UHGV virus genome: UHGV-0377591
DNA length: 44,209 bases
Origin: a virus
Reading direction: 5' to 3' (one strand)
Numbering within the stretch: position 1 is the stretch's first letter; each line of letters starts with the position of its first letter. The notes below the pieces were generated by a model, which did no database searches, was not told where the DNA came from, and saw only the letters and a list, made by a program, of their open reading frames with translations. Shown one piece after another: positions 18,289 through 26,833 of this stretch. Both the position numbers and the translations under genes were made by a program.

Positions 18289-18705
18289 CTACTTTTCCTG
18301 CAATTGGTGAAGCTGTTCATTGTGGAAAACAACAACGTGTTCAGCGAGTCGTTTATATTGTGAGAAAAGAGTATTCAGGTTCTCTTTATTAAATTCATCG
18401 TCGAGACTCCAACCGTTAACCAGTTCAAGCGCTAACTGGCGGTTAAGGTCCGTTGCGGCGTCTTCCATCTTGATGTTGTATTCCGAGAAATCTTTCAGTT
18501 CCTCGCATTTATCGCGAAGCGGTTTCAATTTACCTAATGCCGCGCGGTACGCAAGTGTAAACGCCCTCATAGCTTTAACAGCAACGTCTGCCTCCGGTGA
18601 AACAACGTTCAGCCACTCCCCTGAATCGGTGCCGTCTTTCAGTGGTATCGGCATACGGGCGCCTTTTTCTGCCTCAGCTTCGTAATAAAAATCAGAAAGT
18701 TTCAT
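18289..18705 (-). CDS. Tail assembly chaperone (G-like)
   Basis: ORF track; immediately upstream of the tape measure gene; ribosome-binding site AAAGGA. Confidence 0.65.
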   Translation of the reverse strand: MKLSDFYYEAEAEKGARMPIPLKDGTDSGEWLNVVSPEADVAVKAMRAFTLAYRAALGKLKPLRDKCEELKDFSEYNIKMEDAATDLNRQLALELVNGWSLDDEFNKENLNTLFSQYKRLAEHVVVFHNEQLHQLQEK

Positions 18706-18813
18706 TCTTTAATCCTTTGGTTAAGAGGTTACAGGTTAATGGTAAATGCGCCAGACGGGAACCACCCGCTTTTCGTGTGCGACACTAGGCGCAAAATTAT
18801 TCTATCACATTAC

Positions 18814-18842
18814 TTGCGCACCCCAACATAATAGGATACTAT
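18814..18842 (+). promoter_or_regulatory. Class II promoter with operator palindrome overlapping the -10
   Basis: TTGCGC (18814-18819), 17-bp spacer, TACTAT (18837-18842); AATAG-GATA-CTATT at 18830-18843. Confidence 0.5.
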
Positions 18843-18883
18843 TCACTTACACCAACAATGTTAACTCAAACAGGATCTACACC

Positions 18884-19075
18884 ATGACAGGTATTACTAT
18901 GTTCTTCTTAATCATTATCGTTTTAGTTTATTTTATCCCATTTCTCGTGGCGCATATGCGCAACCATAAAGCTAAATTAGCGATATTCATGGCTAATCTG
19001 TTTCTCGGTTGGGTTCTGCTGCCGTGGGTATTTATTTTAATCTGGGCGTGCAACTCGAATGTCAAAGAGAAGTGA
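18884..19075 (+). CDS. Small two-transmembrane protein, 63 aa (candidate superinfection-immunity or holin-like)
   Basis: MTGITMFFLIIIVLVYFIPFLVAHMRNHKAKLAIFMANLFLGWVLLPWVFILIWACN; AGGA ribosome-binding site; first gene of the rightward insert. Confidence 0.55.
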   Translation: MTGITMFFLIIIVLVYFIPFLVAHMRNHKAKLAIFMANLFLGWVLLPWVFILIWACNSNVKEK

Positions 19076-19114
19076 GCTAGTATAGGACAAATCCTAAACA
19101 CGAGGAAGTAAAGC

Positions 19115-20245
19115 ATGGCTCATAAGAAAATAACCGACGAACAGTTACGGGAAGAATTGAACGCCGGAACAAAAATTATTGATATCGCACGTAAGTATGG
19201 AATCTCAGACCGCGTTATCCGTATCCGTAAAGCGAAGCTGGCTAAGAAAGGTGTAGGCCACGGTCGCGACGTTAGTCACCTTGTGCCTGACGGCTACAAG
19301 ATTAAAGGTACGTCGTCTCTGGTGGACGAGTTCGGCAACACTAAACTGCAATGGGTTAAGACCGACACTGACGCAGAACGTCAGGTCGAGTTGATGAAAG
19401 CTGTAATCGAGGGCATGAAGTCAGAGATTACGCCGATTGCGCCTGTTAAAGCCGTTCGCGCCAAACGTGACGATAAACTACTTAATCTTTACACTGTATC
19501 TGATTTCCATCTCGGTATGCTGGCCTGGGCCGACGAGAGCGGCGACGACTGGGACATGAAGATTGCAGAAGACCTGTTCTCCCGATGGTTCGATGCGGCG
19601 TTTCAGAAAGCACCAGATGCAGGAACTGGGGTTATTAACCTGCTGGGTGACTTCGCGCACTTCGATAGTCTGGATGCGGTTACGCCAGCGAGTGGTCATG
19701 TTCTTGATGCGGACACTCGTTATCAGAAACTGGTCCGCTACATGATTCGTATGGTACGCCGTGTTGTCGGTATGGCGCTGGTTAAGCATAAAAATGTTCG
19801 CTTGCTTATCGTGCAAGGGAATCACGACGAAAGTGGCATGATTTGGTTAGCTGAGATGTTTAGTACGCTGTACGACAATGAGCCGCGTGTGTTCGTAGAT
19901 ACGTCGCCGGATGTTTACAAGATGGTTCAACACGGCAAAACGACGCTGTTCTTTACACACGGCCATAAATGCAGGTTTGAGGTGGTCGAACCGATTATGA
20001 TTGCCAAGTTCCGCAAAGCGTTCGGCGAGAGCGTTTACAGCTACGCCCACGTAGGCCACCTGCACCATCAGAAGATTGTAGAAAGCCGTAACATGATTGT
20101 TGAGCAACACCGCACCTTAGCGGCTAAAGACGCCTACGCCTCGCGCGGCGGATGGATGTCGGGCCGTAGTGCAAATGTAATTACTTATAGCGCCGAATAT
20201 GGCGAGGTCGCACGTTTAACTATTTCACCGGAGATGCTGGGATGA
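19115..20245 (+). CDS. Calcineurin-like (Mre11/SbcD-type) metallophosphoesterase with N-terminal HTH-like domain, 376 aa
   Basis: Motifs VSDFHLG, LLGDFAHFD, VQGNHDE, FTHGHK, HVGHLHH; N-terminal TKIIDIARKYGISDRVIRIRK. Confidence 0.75.
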   Translation: MAHKKITDEQLREELNAGTKIIDIARKYGISDRVIRIRKAKLAKKGVGHGRDVSHLVPDGYKIKGTSSLVDEFGNTKLQWVKTDTDAERQVELMKAVIEGMKSEITPIAPVKAVRAKRDDKLLNLYTVSDFHLGMLAWADESGDDWDMKIAEDLFSRWFDAAFQKAPDAGTGVINLLGDFAHFDSLDAVTPASGHVLDADTRYQKLVRYMIRMVRRVVGMALVKHKNVRLLIVQGNHDESGMIWLAEMFSTLYDNEPRVFVDTSPDVYKMVQHGKTTLFFTHGHKCRFEVVEPIMIAKFRKAFGESVYSYAHVGHLHHQKIVESRNMIVEQHRTLAAKDAYASRGGWMSGRSANVITYSAEYGEVARLTISPEMLG

Positions 20246-20730
20246 AAGATATTGTGATTTTCGATTTAGACGGGACATTGGCGGACGGTACTCATCGTTT
20301 ACACCTGCTACCGAAAGATAACTACAACGAAACATGGGCGTGGAAGCCATTTAACATGGCGTGCAAAGATGATTCGCCGATATATGACAACATCCACTTG
20401 TGCAACACGCTGTGACATACCGGGATGACCATAATCATCCTTACCGGGCGAAGCGACGACGCCGAGGAAGAAACTCGTGAGTGGTTACGTAAAAACAATG
20501 TCAAGTTCGACGTTCTGTTAATGCGCAGCAAGCACGACAACAGAAAAGACATCGTAATTAAAGAAGAGGTGTTACGTGCTATCGGGCTGGAGAGAATATT
20601 GTGTGCGTTCGACGACTCTCCAGCGGTAATAAAGCATTTCCGCGGACTCGGTATAACCACTCACGCGGTTACTGAATACGACTGTAACGGGAACTCTACA
20701 CACTTAAAATCACACGGGAGCGATAAATAA
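20242..20730 (+). pseudogene. HAD-superfamily phosphatase (polynucleotide 3'-phosphatase-like) interrupted by an in-frame TGA at 20413-20415
   Basis: Motif I VIFDLDGTLA lies before the stop; motifs ILTGRSDD, HDNRKD and AFDDS lie after it in the same frame. By recollection resembles the phosphatase domain of T4 polynucleotide kinase. Confidence 0.6.
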
Positions 20731-21284
20731 TGGCTAAGGTAATTATTCTTAATGGCCCTGCGGGCTGCGGGAAAGACACACTTGCTATGGCGCTGGTAGA
20801 AATGGGCTTTGCGAAAGGAACTACCAGTTTCAAGAATCCAATGTTCAATATCGCTCTGGCGGCGTTAGGCCCGGATGCTTACCACGAGTTTCTCGACGGC
20901 TACGACGACCGGGCGCGGAAAGAAAAGCCAGAAGGCTTCCTTAATGGCTTGTCGCGGCGTCAGTTCATGATTGCTATATCTGAGCAATTCATTAAACCGG
21001 TACTTGGTAGTGATTATTTCGGTAAGTATCTTGCTGGAAACTTGCCAGACGGCGACGAAGTTTTTGTAGTGTCCGATGGCGGGTTCGCCAGCGAAGTAGC
21101 CCCTATCGTCGCCGCGGGTCATGATGTAAGAATCGTCCGCTTGCACCGAGAAGGCTATACGTTTGAGGGGGACAGCCGTGGTTATCTGTATGGCGTTGAT
21201 GGTGTAAAAGATTGCGACACCTACATCATACCGGGGGACATTAAATCGAACGTTATAGACATTGCTTTAAAATTAGGTTTGTAA
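20730..21284 (+). CDS. P-loop kinase (dNMP kinase-like or polynucleotide 5'-kinase-like), 184 aa
   Basis: Walker A ILNGPAGCGKDT; ATGA-type overlap with the HAD gene stop. Confidence 0.65.
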   Translation: MAKVIILNGPAGCGKDTLAMALVEMGFAKGTTSFKNPMFNIALAALGPDAYHEFLDGYDDRARKEKPEGFLNGLSRRQFMIAISEQFIKPVLGSDYFGKYLAGNLPDGDEVFVVSDGGFASEVAPIVAAGHDVRIVRLHREGYTFEGDSRGYLYGVDGVKDCDTYIIPGDIKSNVIDIALKLGL

Positions 21285-21285
21285 G

Positions 21286-21312
21286 AAAAAGGCCCCTTTC
21301 GGGGCCTTAGTT
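21286..21312. terminator. Bidirectional rho-independent terminator
   Basis: AAAAA-GGCCCC-TTTC-GGGGCC-TTAGTTTTA between the convergent kinase and major tail protein genes. Confidence 0.8.
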
Positions 21313-22479
21313 TTATGCGTAACTAATACGTTGAATTACGATAGACGACTGGTATTGGTTGCCTGTGGACTGCCCTTCTATACTTTGGGTAATTGATTCC
21401 GGGCCGGATATTTCTGGTGTAACCGCCGTAAGCTCTGCACGTTTCAAACTGAAAGACATAGCCCCGTTTACCCCCGCCAGAATAGAGTTAATCTCTACCT
21501 GCTGTTCGTTGATAAACTTCTGAATCATAGCCATGTCATACAGCTTGCCGGAGATGGAGAAGGTGTTAGCCGCGCGGCTACGTTCCACAAACGCTACGTT
21601 AGTGTTACCAAGTTCGAACTGCGCGGATGCACTGTTGTCGTTGGTGATGGTCAGGCTGTCACACCGCAACGGAGTAGAACCGTCGAACACAGAGACGTCA
21701 ACGGAGGAGAACGGCTCGTCACCAAACGTAACAGAAGAGAAATCAGAGCCGGACGGCGGCGTAGCGAGAATCTCCTGGCTGCGCCCGATGAACGGGAAGC
21801 TGCCCGTTACCATCGCGTTAACGGCCTGCTCCACGGTAAAACCGGAAACTTCCACACCTTTGGTCAGTGTGTACGCGTCGGCCCCACCGCACTGGCCTTT
21901 GTACCAGGTGAGGATAGAGAACGTCTTACACGCGTTACCAGTTTCCAGTTTATCGCCGGTTTTAGCGTCGGTTGTTACGGTCTCGGTGGTCAGAGTATGT
22001 TGGATCCCAGCACCGGTGACAACAGTCGCACTTACCTCGGTTACGATAAACGGTTTAGCGTTATCGCCCGTTAAGCCAGTAAACGCAATCAGGTCGCCTA
22101 CTTCAACGCCATCCGTAATGAAGCTACCGTCGGCACGAGTGAACGTCTTGCCCACCGGTGCGACGGTAATCGACAGCCCCGACAGAGAAACACCGGATTG
22201 CCACGTAGAGCCTAAAGCCCCCGCCAGCCAGTCGTCCTGGCTTTTCGAGCTAAGCTCGATGGCGTATTCTCCGCTAACCTGTTTGTTACCGGTGCGGATG
22301 GACGTAGTTTCACGGCTGCCGTCCAGTTCATTGGAGGTCAGCGTGTCGCGGGTAATAGCGGGAACGCCACCTGTGTTGCGCAACGGCGACCAGACCGGGT
22401 TGGTCGGTGTTACGCCCGGGGTCACTTCCGCCACATAGAATTGCGCGGTATTCGCGCCCTTAAAAGGAGTTGTAGCCAT
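21313..22479 (-). CDS. Major tail (tube) protein
   Basis: Start moved to ATG 22479 (AGAGG upstream); large protein followed by a strong terminator; position before the chaperones. Confidence 0.7.
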   Translation of the reverse strand: MATTPFKGANTAQFYVAEVTPGVTPTNPVWSPLRNTGGVPAITRDTLTSNELDGSRETTSIRTGNKQVSGEYAIELSSKSQDDWLAGALGSTWQSGVSLSGLSITVAPVGKTFTRADGSFITDGVEVGDLIAFTGLTGDNAKPFIVTEVSATVVTGAGIQHTLTTETVTTDAKTGDKLETGNACKTFSILTWYKGQCGGADAYTLTKGVEVSGFTVEQAVNAMVTGSFPFIGRSQEILATPPSGSDFSSVTFGDEPFSSVDVSVFDGSTPLRCDSLTITNDNSASAQFELGNTNVAFVERSRAANTFSISGKLYDMAMIQKFINEQQVEINSILAGVNGAMSFSLKRAELTAVTPEISGPESITQSIEGQSTGNQYQSSIVIQRISYA

Positions 22480-22481
22480 AT

Positions 22482-22898
22482 TCACAGCCTCTTGGTGAAT
22501 GCAATAAAGTTAATTGACAATGGTTTTTTGGCCCATCCGTTTTCTACAATCAGCGGCCCCAGGCTAACCGATTGAACCTCGGCGCAGATGTCGTTACGCG
22601 AAAATGACTTACCTGCTTTAAACGCCGTGTTAAGTAAGTCTGCCATTTTATTGATTGGCGCGCTACCTTTCACCGATGCGTAGTTAATATCTACCTGATA
22701 GACGCCCGCACGTTGTTCCGTGAAGAACAAATCAGCCTGTTCCGTATCCGCCAGCAACATGTAACTTGCCAGATACGGCGTATCGGTTGACGTCGGCGCA
22801 TCGATGTTTTCAAGCGCAACCTTGATGCCGTTGGCGGTTCCGAAGGCTACCAGCGGTACATCAAACGCTTTTGTTAAGTCCTCAAAGTAGCCCATCAT
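22482..22898 (-). CDS. Tail terminator / tail completion protein (by position)
   Basis: ORF track; ATGA coupling on both sides. Confidence 0.45.
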   Translation of the reverse strand: MMGYFEDLTKAFDVPLVAFGTANGIKVALENIDAPTSTDTPYLASYMLLADTEQADLFFTEQRAGVYQVDINYASVKGSAPINKMADLLNTAFKAGKSFSRNDICAEVQSVSLGPLIVENGWAKKPLSINFIAFTKRL

Positions 22899-23290
22899 TT
22901 CACCTTGTTGGCTTCTTCGTTAATGAGTTGCTGGAAGCGTGACACATTAGTCCTGACCATGCCTTGCGGCGCTTGTTGCGACCAGCCATACTCCAGCCGT
23001 TGTGCATACGGCAGGTTATTTGTCAGCGTGAACTCGCGCCAGTCGGCAGCTTTCAGTACGAAACTTGTAGCATTTCCGATTGCTATGTTTCCTGATTTAT
23101 CCGTAGCATCTGTAATCCCGGAGGTAGGAGTACCTCCAGATGCCATCCAGTTCATACGGAATCGACCAGTATCCACCGGGCTCGCCTTTATGATAGCGGA
23201 AAACAGCTTGATAGACACCTGACGCATCACCTTCTCAGGGTTCTTCTTCGCCTTTTCCACGAACTTAGAGACATCAAGCGCGAAACTCAT
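22895..23290 (-). CDS. Neck / head-tail adaptor protein (HK97 gp10-like by size and position)
   Basis: ORF track; translationally coupled. Confidence 0.45.
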   Translation of the reverse strand: MSFALDVSKFVEKAKKNPEKVMRQVSIKLFSAIIKASPVDTGRFRMNWMASGGTPTSGITDATDKSGNIAIGNATSFVLKAADWREFTLTNNLPYAQRLEYGWSQQAPQGMVRTNVSRFQQLINEEANKVK

Positions 23291-23646
23291 TTTCTCACCT
23301 GAATAAAGTATGCCACGACATCATCATTAACCATCTTCTTCTCTATGGCTACAACAGACCATTGCGCGTCGCCGAATTGCACCTTGTCTTCCATCTTAGG
23401 AGCGACACTGCAATCGGCTTTAACAATCATGTCGCCCGCCTGAATTGTAGTACCGTTCACCAGTCCTGCGTTAACAGGAACCGGAACGGCCTTCAACGGC
23501 AACACTTCATCGTCAGACCAGACGTACTCGCCGAGAACTTCATCCCACACTTTCGAGCCAGCACGAACCAGAGATACCGTGCTACCGAATTTGGTTAGCA
23601 GGCGTGTACCCACGCCTTGCATACGTTTACTGAAAGCAGTACCCAT
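23287..23646 (-). CDS. Neck protein, hypothetical
   Basis: Start moved to internal ATG 23646, which overlaps the upstream stop as TAATG. Confidence 0.45.
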   Translation of the reverse strand: MGTAFSKRMQGVGTRLLTKFGSTVSLVRAGSKVWDEVLGEYVWSDDEVLPLKAVPVPVNAGLVNGTTIQAGDMIVKADCSVAPKMEDKVQFGDAQWSVVAIEKKMVNDDVVAYFIQVRK

Positions 23647-24260
23647 TACGCGGCCTCCAGTCTCGAAATAACCAGTAGCGCGGATGGTGCGGTCCCCCAT
23701 GCAGTTACGGTAGCCGCTTGTAGGTATACTCCGCCGAAGTCACTCCCGGCGCTATCCCGCATAATCTGAACGGCAAACGTCTGGCCTGCGGTTGGGTTAA
23801 TAACGACGCGGGACTCAATCGGGATTGTGGTGTCGGCACTTACCAGTTTCGTAGCTGCCGGTGAGCCGTACTGAGCACCGTTTACCAGAATGCGTGATAA
23901 CAAAATAGACGTGCCGCTTGCTCCAGTGCGCCCGGCCTGTAACTTGATGCGAACGGCGTAGTTACCTGCGGTGTTGAACGTAACCAGCCCGGCCGCATTA
24001 ATCATTACCGGGTCGGATGCACTATCCTGAGCAGAGCCGAACGATAACTGCAATGCCGTATCTACAGCGGAAGGAGCTTGTGTCACGGTTGACGCGGCAC
24101 GGAGAACTTCAACCTCTTTAACACCAGGAGTGGCGTAAATAGGCGAGTCCGCCATCTGTGTTAGCACCCCGCGTAACTTCGCTGGCGTGATAAGCCCGGT
24201 TGTGTTGTCGGGTAGCTCGGATCCGATTAGCGTAAATATCTCTGTCTTAGTCTTCGCCAT
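23646..24260 (-). CDS. Structural protein, hypothetical, 204 aa
   Basis: ORF track; lies in the head-tail joining region. Confidence 0.5.
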   Translation of the reverse strand: MAKTKTEIFTLIGSELPDNTTGLITPAKLRGVLTQMADSPIYATPGVKEVEVLRAASTVTQAPSAVDTALQLSFGSAQDSASDPVMINAAGLVTFNTAGNYAVRIKLQAGRTGASGTSILLSRILVNGAQYGSPAATKLVSADTTIPIESRVVINPTAGQTFAVQIMRDSAGSDFGGVYLQAATVTAWGTAPSALLVISRLEAA

Positions 24261-24262
24261 TT

Positions 24263-24775
24263 TTAACCCCGGTACACGTTAAATGAGAAGCCATTGTTAA
24301 GACCACCACACAGTAACGGGCGCAAGGCGTCATCGGCTGCGGTAATTGCAGTAGTAGCTCCGCTGTTGCCATTGTTGAAGTAGGTCACTGTTACCGCACC
24401 CTCGACACGCTCAGTCTGCACGGCGCGGCCGTCTGAGTTAGCCCGGACTTCGGTGCCCTCGCCATATGTAGCGGCAGCGATTACCTGCGCAAGAATCACC
24501 TGTTTCGGAATGGCGTTGTTGGCCACCGCGAACCCGTTTAACGTAACGCCGGTGCGGGGGTATGCAAGAGACTGTTCGGCGGATACTCGACGACCGCACA
24601 TCTGCGGTTCTGCAAGCCCTACATAAGTAGCACCGTTGCGTAAGGCCACCTCTGCTGCGGTATCGTCTTCCGGCAGCTCAAGGCCATAATTAGCCGCTAA
24701 CGCGCGGGCGTCAGCCAGACTAATGTAACTGTCGGCATTTGGGACGATCACCCCAGTTTCCACGATTAGCGGCAT
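24263..24775 (-). CDS. Head completion / head-tail connector protein (putative)
   Basis: ORF track; position after the capsid genes. Confidence 0.45.
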   Translation of the reverse strand: MPLIVETGVIVPNADSYISLADARALAANYGLELPEDDTAAEVALRNGATYVGLAEPQMCGRRVSAEQSLAYPRTGVTLNGFAVANNAIPKQVILAQVIAAATYGEGTEVRANSDGRAVQTERVEGAVTVTYFNNGNSGATTAITAADDALRPLLCGGLNNGFSFNVYRG

Positions 24776-24778
24776 AAA

Positions 24779-24958
24779 TTATTCCTCTGACTTACGGCGA
24801 CGACGCTTAGTACCACCGCCGTTGTTGTGCCCTTCTTCGTTGTCCGGTTGAGTCGCAACCAGTTCATCCGCTTCTACAACACCGCGAACGGGCATCACCT
24901 GACCGTCAATAATATCAACGTGGGTGTACTTTTCGCGTATTACATAATTATCTGCCAT
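24779..24958 (-). CDS. Small protein with basic C-terminus, 59 aa (not in the ORF track)
   Basis: Manual translation MADNYVIREKYTHVDIIDGQVMPVRGVVEADELVATQPDNEEGHNNGGGTKRRRRKSEE. Confidence 0.4.
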   Translation of the reverse strand: MADNYVIREKYTHVDIIDGQVMPVRGVVEADELVATQPDNEEGHNNGGGTKRRRRKSEE

Positions 24959-24994
24959 GACCTTTCCTTATTACGACCCCGAAGGGCCGTTGTA

Positions 24995-25339
24995 TCAAGA
25001 CACAGTTGCTACAGTGCTGCTGGAGATAATATTACCATACACATCGTGAACAACCACTTTATACGTGCCGGAGTCGACAGACGCGACAGTGGTGGCTTTG
25101 GTGTAGGTAGCCGCGGTAGCGCCCGCGATAGCGTTGTTGTTCTTGTACCACTGGTAAGTGTACGGAGCCAGACCGCCAGTAGCCTCAACGGTAAGCGTCA
25201 ATGCGTAGGGCGCACTAACAGTGGTGGTGGCATTGAGTGGGGTAGAGAAAGATGCAGGGGCGATATTTGCCATATCGATTTTAGCGCCTACGGTATCAGC
25301 GGACACACCGGTAATACGACGTTTGATTACATCAACCAT
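24995..25339 (-). CDS. Ig-like domain virion protein (decoration-type)
   Basis: Motif APYTYQWYKNNNAIAG and all-beta Thr/Ser/Val-rich composition. Confidence 0.55.
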   Translation of the reverse strand: MVDVIKRRITGVSADTVGAKIDMANIAPASFSTPLNATTTVSAPYALTLTVEATGGLAPYTYQWYKNNNAIAGATAATYTKATTVASVDSGTYKVVVHDVYGNIISSSTVATVS

Positions 25340-25350
25340 TTTTAATCTCC

Positions 25351-25722
25351 TCAGGATGCGATGATTTTAGCGGCACGAAGCTGTGCCAGTAAGGCGTTAA
25401 GTTGCGACGCCACGTTGTTGACTGCGGTCTGTGCGGATGTAGCAACCGCGGCGGCCTCTTCACCAGTAATGGTCTGCGTGCCGACGTCGGGAACCGCGGT
25501 GCCCTGAACGAACTTATCGCCCGCCATCGCGGTAGTCGAAGTTGTTCCGATAACAAGGCTTGACGTACCCGCGCCAATAGCAGTACGCGCCGCCTCTTGG
25601 CTTTCCCCCGAGGCGATTACCGCGGGTTTGCCTGTTACTTCTTCCCATCCTACGCTGATATCCAGGTCGCTAAAGTCAACGTTCTGGAGACTACGCGGTA
25701 GGCCTTTTCCGGTCTTAGCCAT
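25351..25722 (-). CDS. Structural protein, hypothetical (possible head decoration)
   Basis: ORF track; immediately downstream of the major capsid gene. Confidence 0.5.
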   Translation of the reverse strand: MAKTGKGLPRSLQNVDFSDLDISVGWEEVTGKPAVIASGESQEAARTAIGAGTSSLVIGTTSTTAMAGDKFVQGTAVPDVGTQTITGEEAAAVATSAQTAVNNVASQLNALLAQLRAAKIIAS

Positions 25723-25747
25723 AATTTACCTCTTAGTAAATGAAAAG

Positions 25748-25768
25748 AGGGACCGAAGTCCCTCTCGA
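25748..25768 (-). terminator. Hairpin terminator/attenuator just after the major capsid gene
   Basis: GAGGGAC-CGAA/TTCG-GTCCCTC followed on the minus strand by TTTTCATTT. Confidence 0.55.
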
Positions 25769-25781
25769 TTATATCTTAACC

Positions 25782-26831
25782 TTAAGCCACTACACCAGTT
25801 ACCAGGAAGGCAATCGGTACATGCTTACGGTCGACAACACGGTTCCAGTTGGAGGCGTTCGCCAGATCCTGCCAGGAAGCGGAGCGTGCAACAGTCTCGG
25901 TGCCGTTACCGGTGATTACTGCGCTGGTGAAGCTGTAGCCCAGCGGGTGCAGCAACCAGGTCTTACGGGTCCACAGGGTTTCGACACCACCACCGTTACC
26001 ACGAGACGCTTCGCGTTCGTATTCCAGCGGGTTAGACGGGTTGCCTTCGCCGTAACCGATAGCGCCGTTGCCGAAGATGATAGAAATGAACTTACGGCTA
26101 CCGCCAGTACCAACTACGGTCATGCTGTCGTCAACAATCACACGGTAACCCTGGTAGGTGGCGAACAAGGTGTCGTTGTCCGCGTCTTTGATGAAGTCAA
26201 TAAGCTGCTGCTTACGCGCCTGCGCATAAACGAAGCTGTGCATCGCGATAGCGCCCAGCACTTCACCGCCGTTACCCATCAGAGCATCACCCATAGTCTG
26301 GGTAGCGTCGATGAATGCGCCTGCGTCGAAGCCCAGAGTAGCGGACACGTCGATAACCATGTCGTTCTGCTCGTGGTATGCATCGGTAGCGGCTACGTTG
26401 TCGTTGTACAGACCGAGCGCGGTAGCAATCAGACGACGTTGTGCCTGGCGCTGCCAGAAGTTATCAAGACGAGAAGCCACGGATTGCAGCGGATTCTGAC
26501 TGGTCAGTTCGACAGTCAGGTCAGCCTGGCCAAAACCTTCGTTCAGGTAGGCAACGCGCGCCATCATCTCACCAGTCTGCACATTACGCGGGGTTGCGAT
26601 ATCCTGGTATACATCGTTCGAGTAGTTCGGCTCGATAGAAGTATCAATCGCTTTCCAGAAAGGAATGTTTGCGATGTTGGACGGGCCGCGGGCAATCTCA
26701 GCGGCGTACGGAGTCGGGGTCAGGATACCGGACTGGAAGAACGCGGTTTTTTCTACCGGGTCCTCGGTCATATAAGACGCCAGGACCGGGATGTTGCCAG
26801 TTACGATATCGCCGATAGTGGTAATTGCCAT
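25782..26831 (-). CDS. Major capsid protein, 349 aa
   Basis: Follows the scaffold gene and is followed by a terminator; typical size; the long antisense ORF 25740..27329 is low-complexity and was rejected. Confidence 0.85.
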   Translation of the reverse strand: MAITTIGDIVTGNIPVLASYMTEDPVEKTAFFQSGILTPTPYAAEIARGPSNIANIPFWKAIDTSIEPNYSNDVYQDIATPRNVQTGEMMARVAYLNEGFGQADLTVELTSQNPLQSVASRLDNFWQRQAQRRLIATALGLYNDNVAATDAYHEQNDMVIDVSATLGFDAGAFIDATQTMGDALMGNGGEVLGAIAMHSFVYAQARKQQLIDFIKDADNDTLFATYQGYRVIVDDSMTVVGTGGSRKFISIIFGNGAIGYGEGNPSNPLEYEREASRGNGGGVETLWTRKTWLLHPLGYSFTSAVITGNGTETVARSASWQDLANASNWNRVVDRKHVPIAFLVTGVVA

Positions 26832-26833
26832 TA

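Noticed and set aside
20413-20415. In-frame TGA in the HAD phosphatase read as selenocysteine
   Set aside because: No reason to expect selenoprotein machinery in a phage phosphatase, and the position is not a catalytic Cys site; nonsense mutation, sequencing error or leaky readthrough are more parsimonious.
21533-22438. 301-aa plus-strand ORF inside the major tail protein gene
   Set aside because: Antisense shadow ORF with Ser/Pro/Thr/Val low-complexity composition; the minus-strand gene is supported by coupling with its neighbours.
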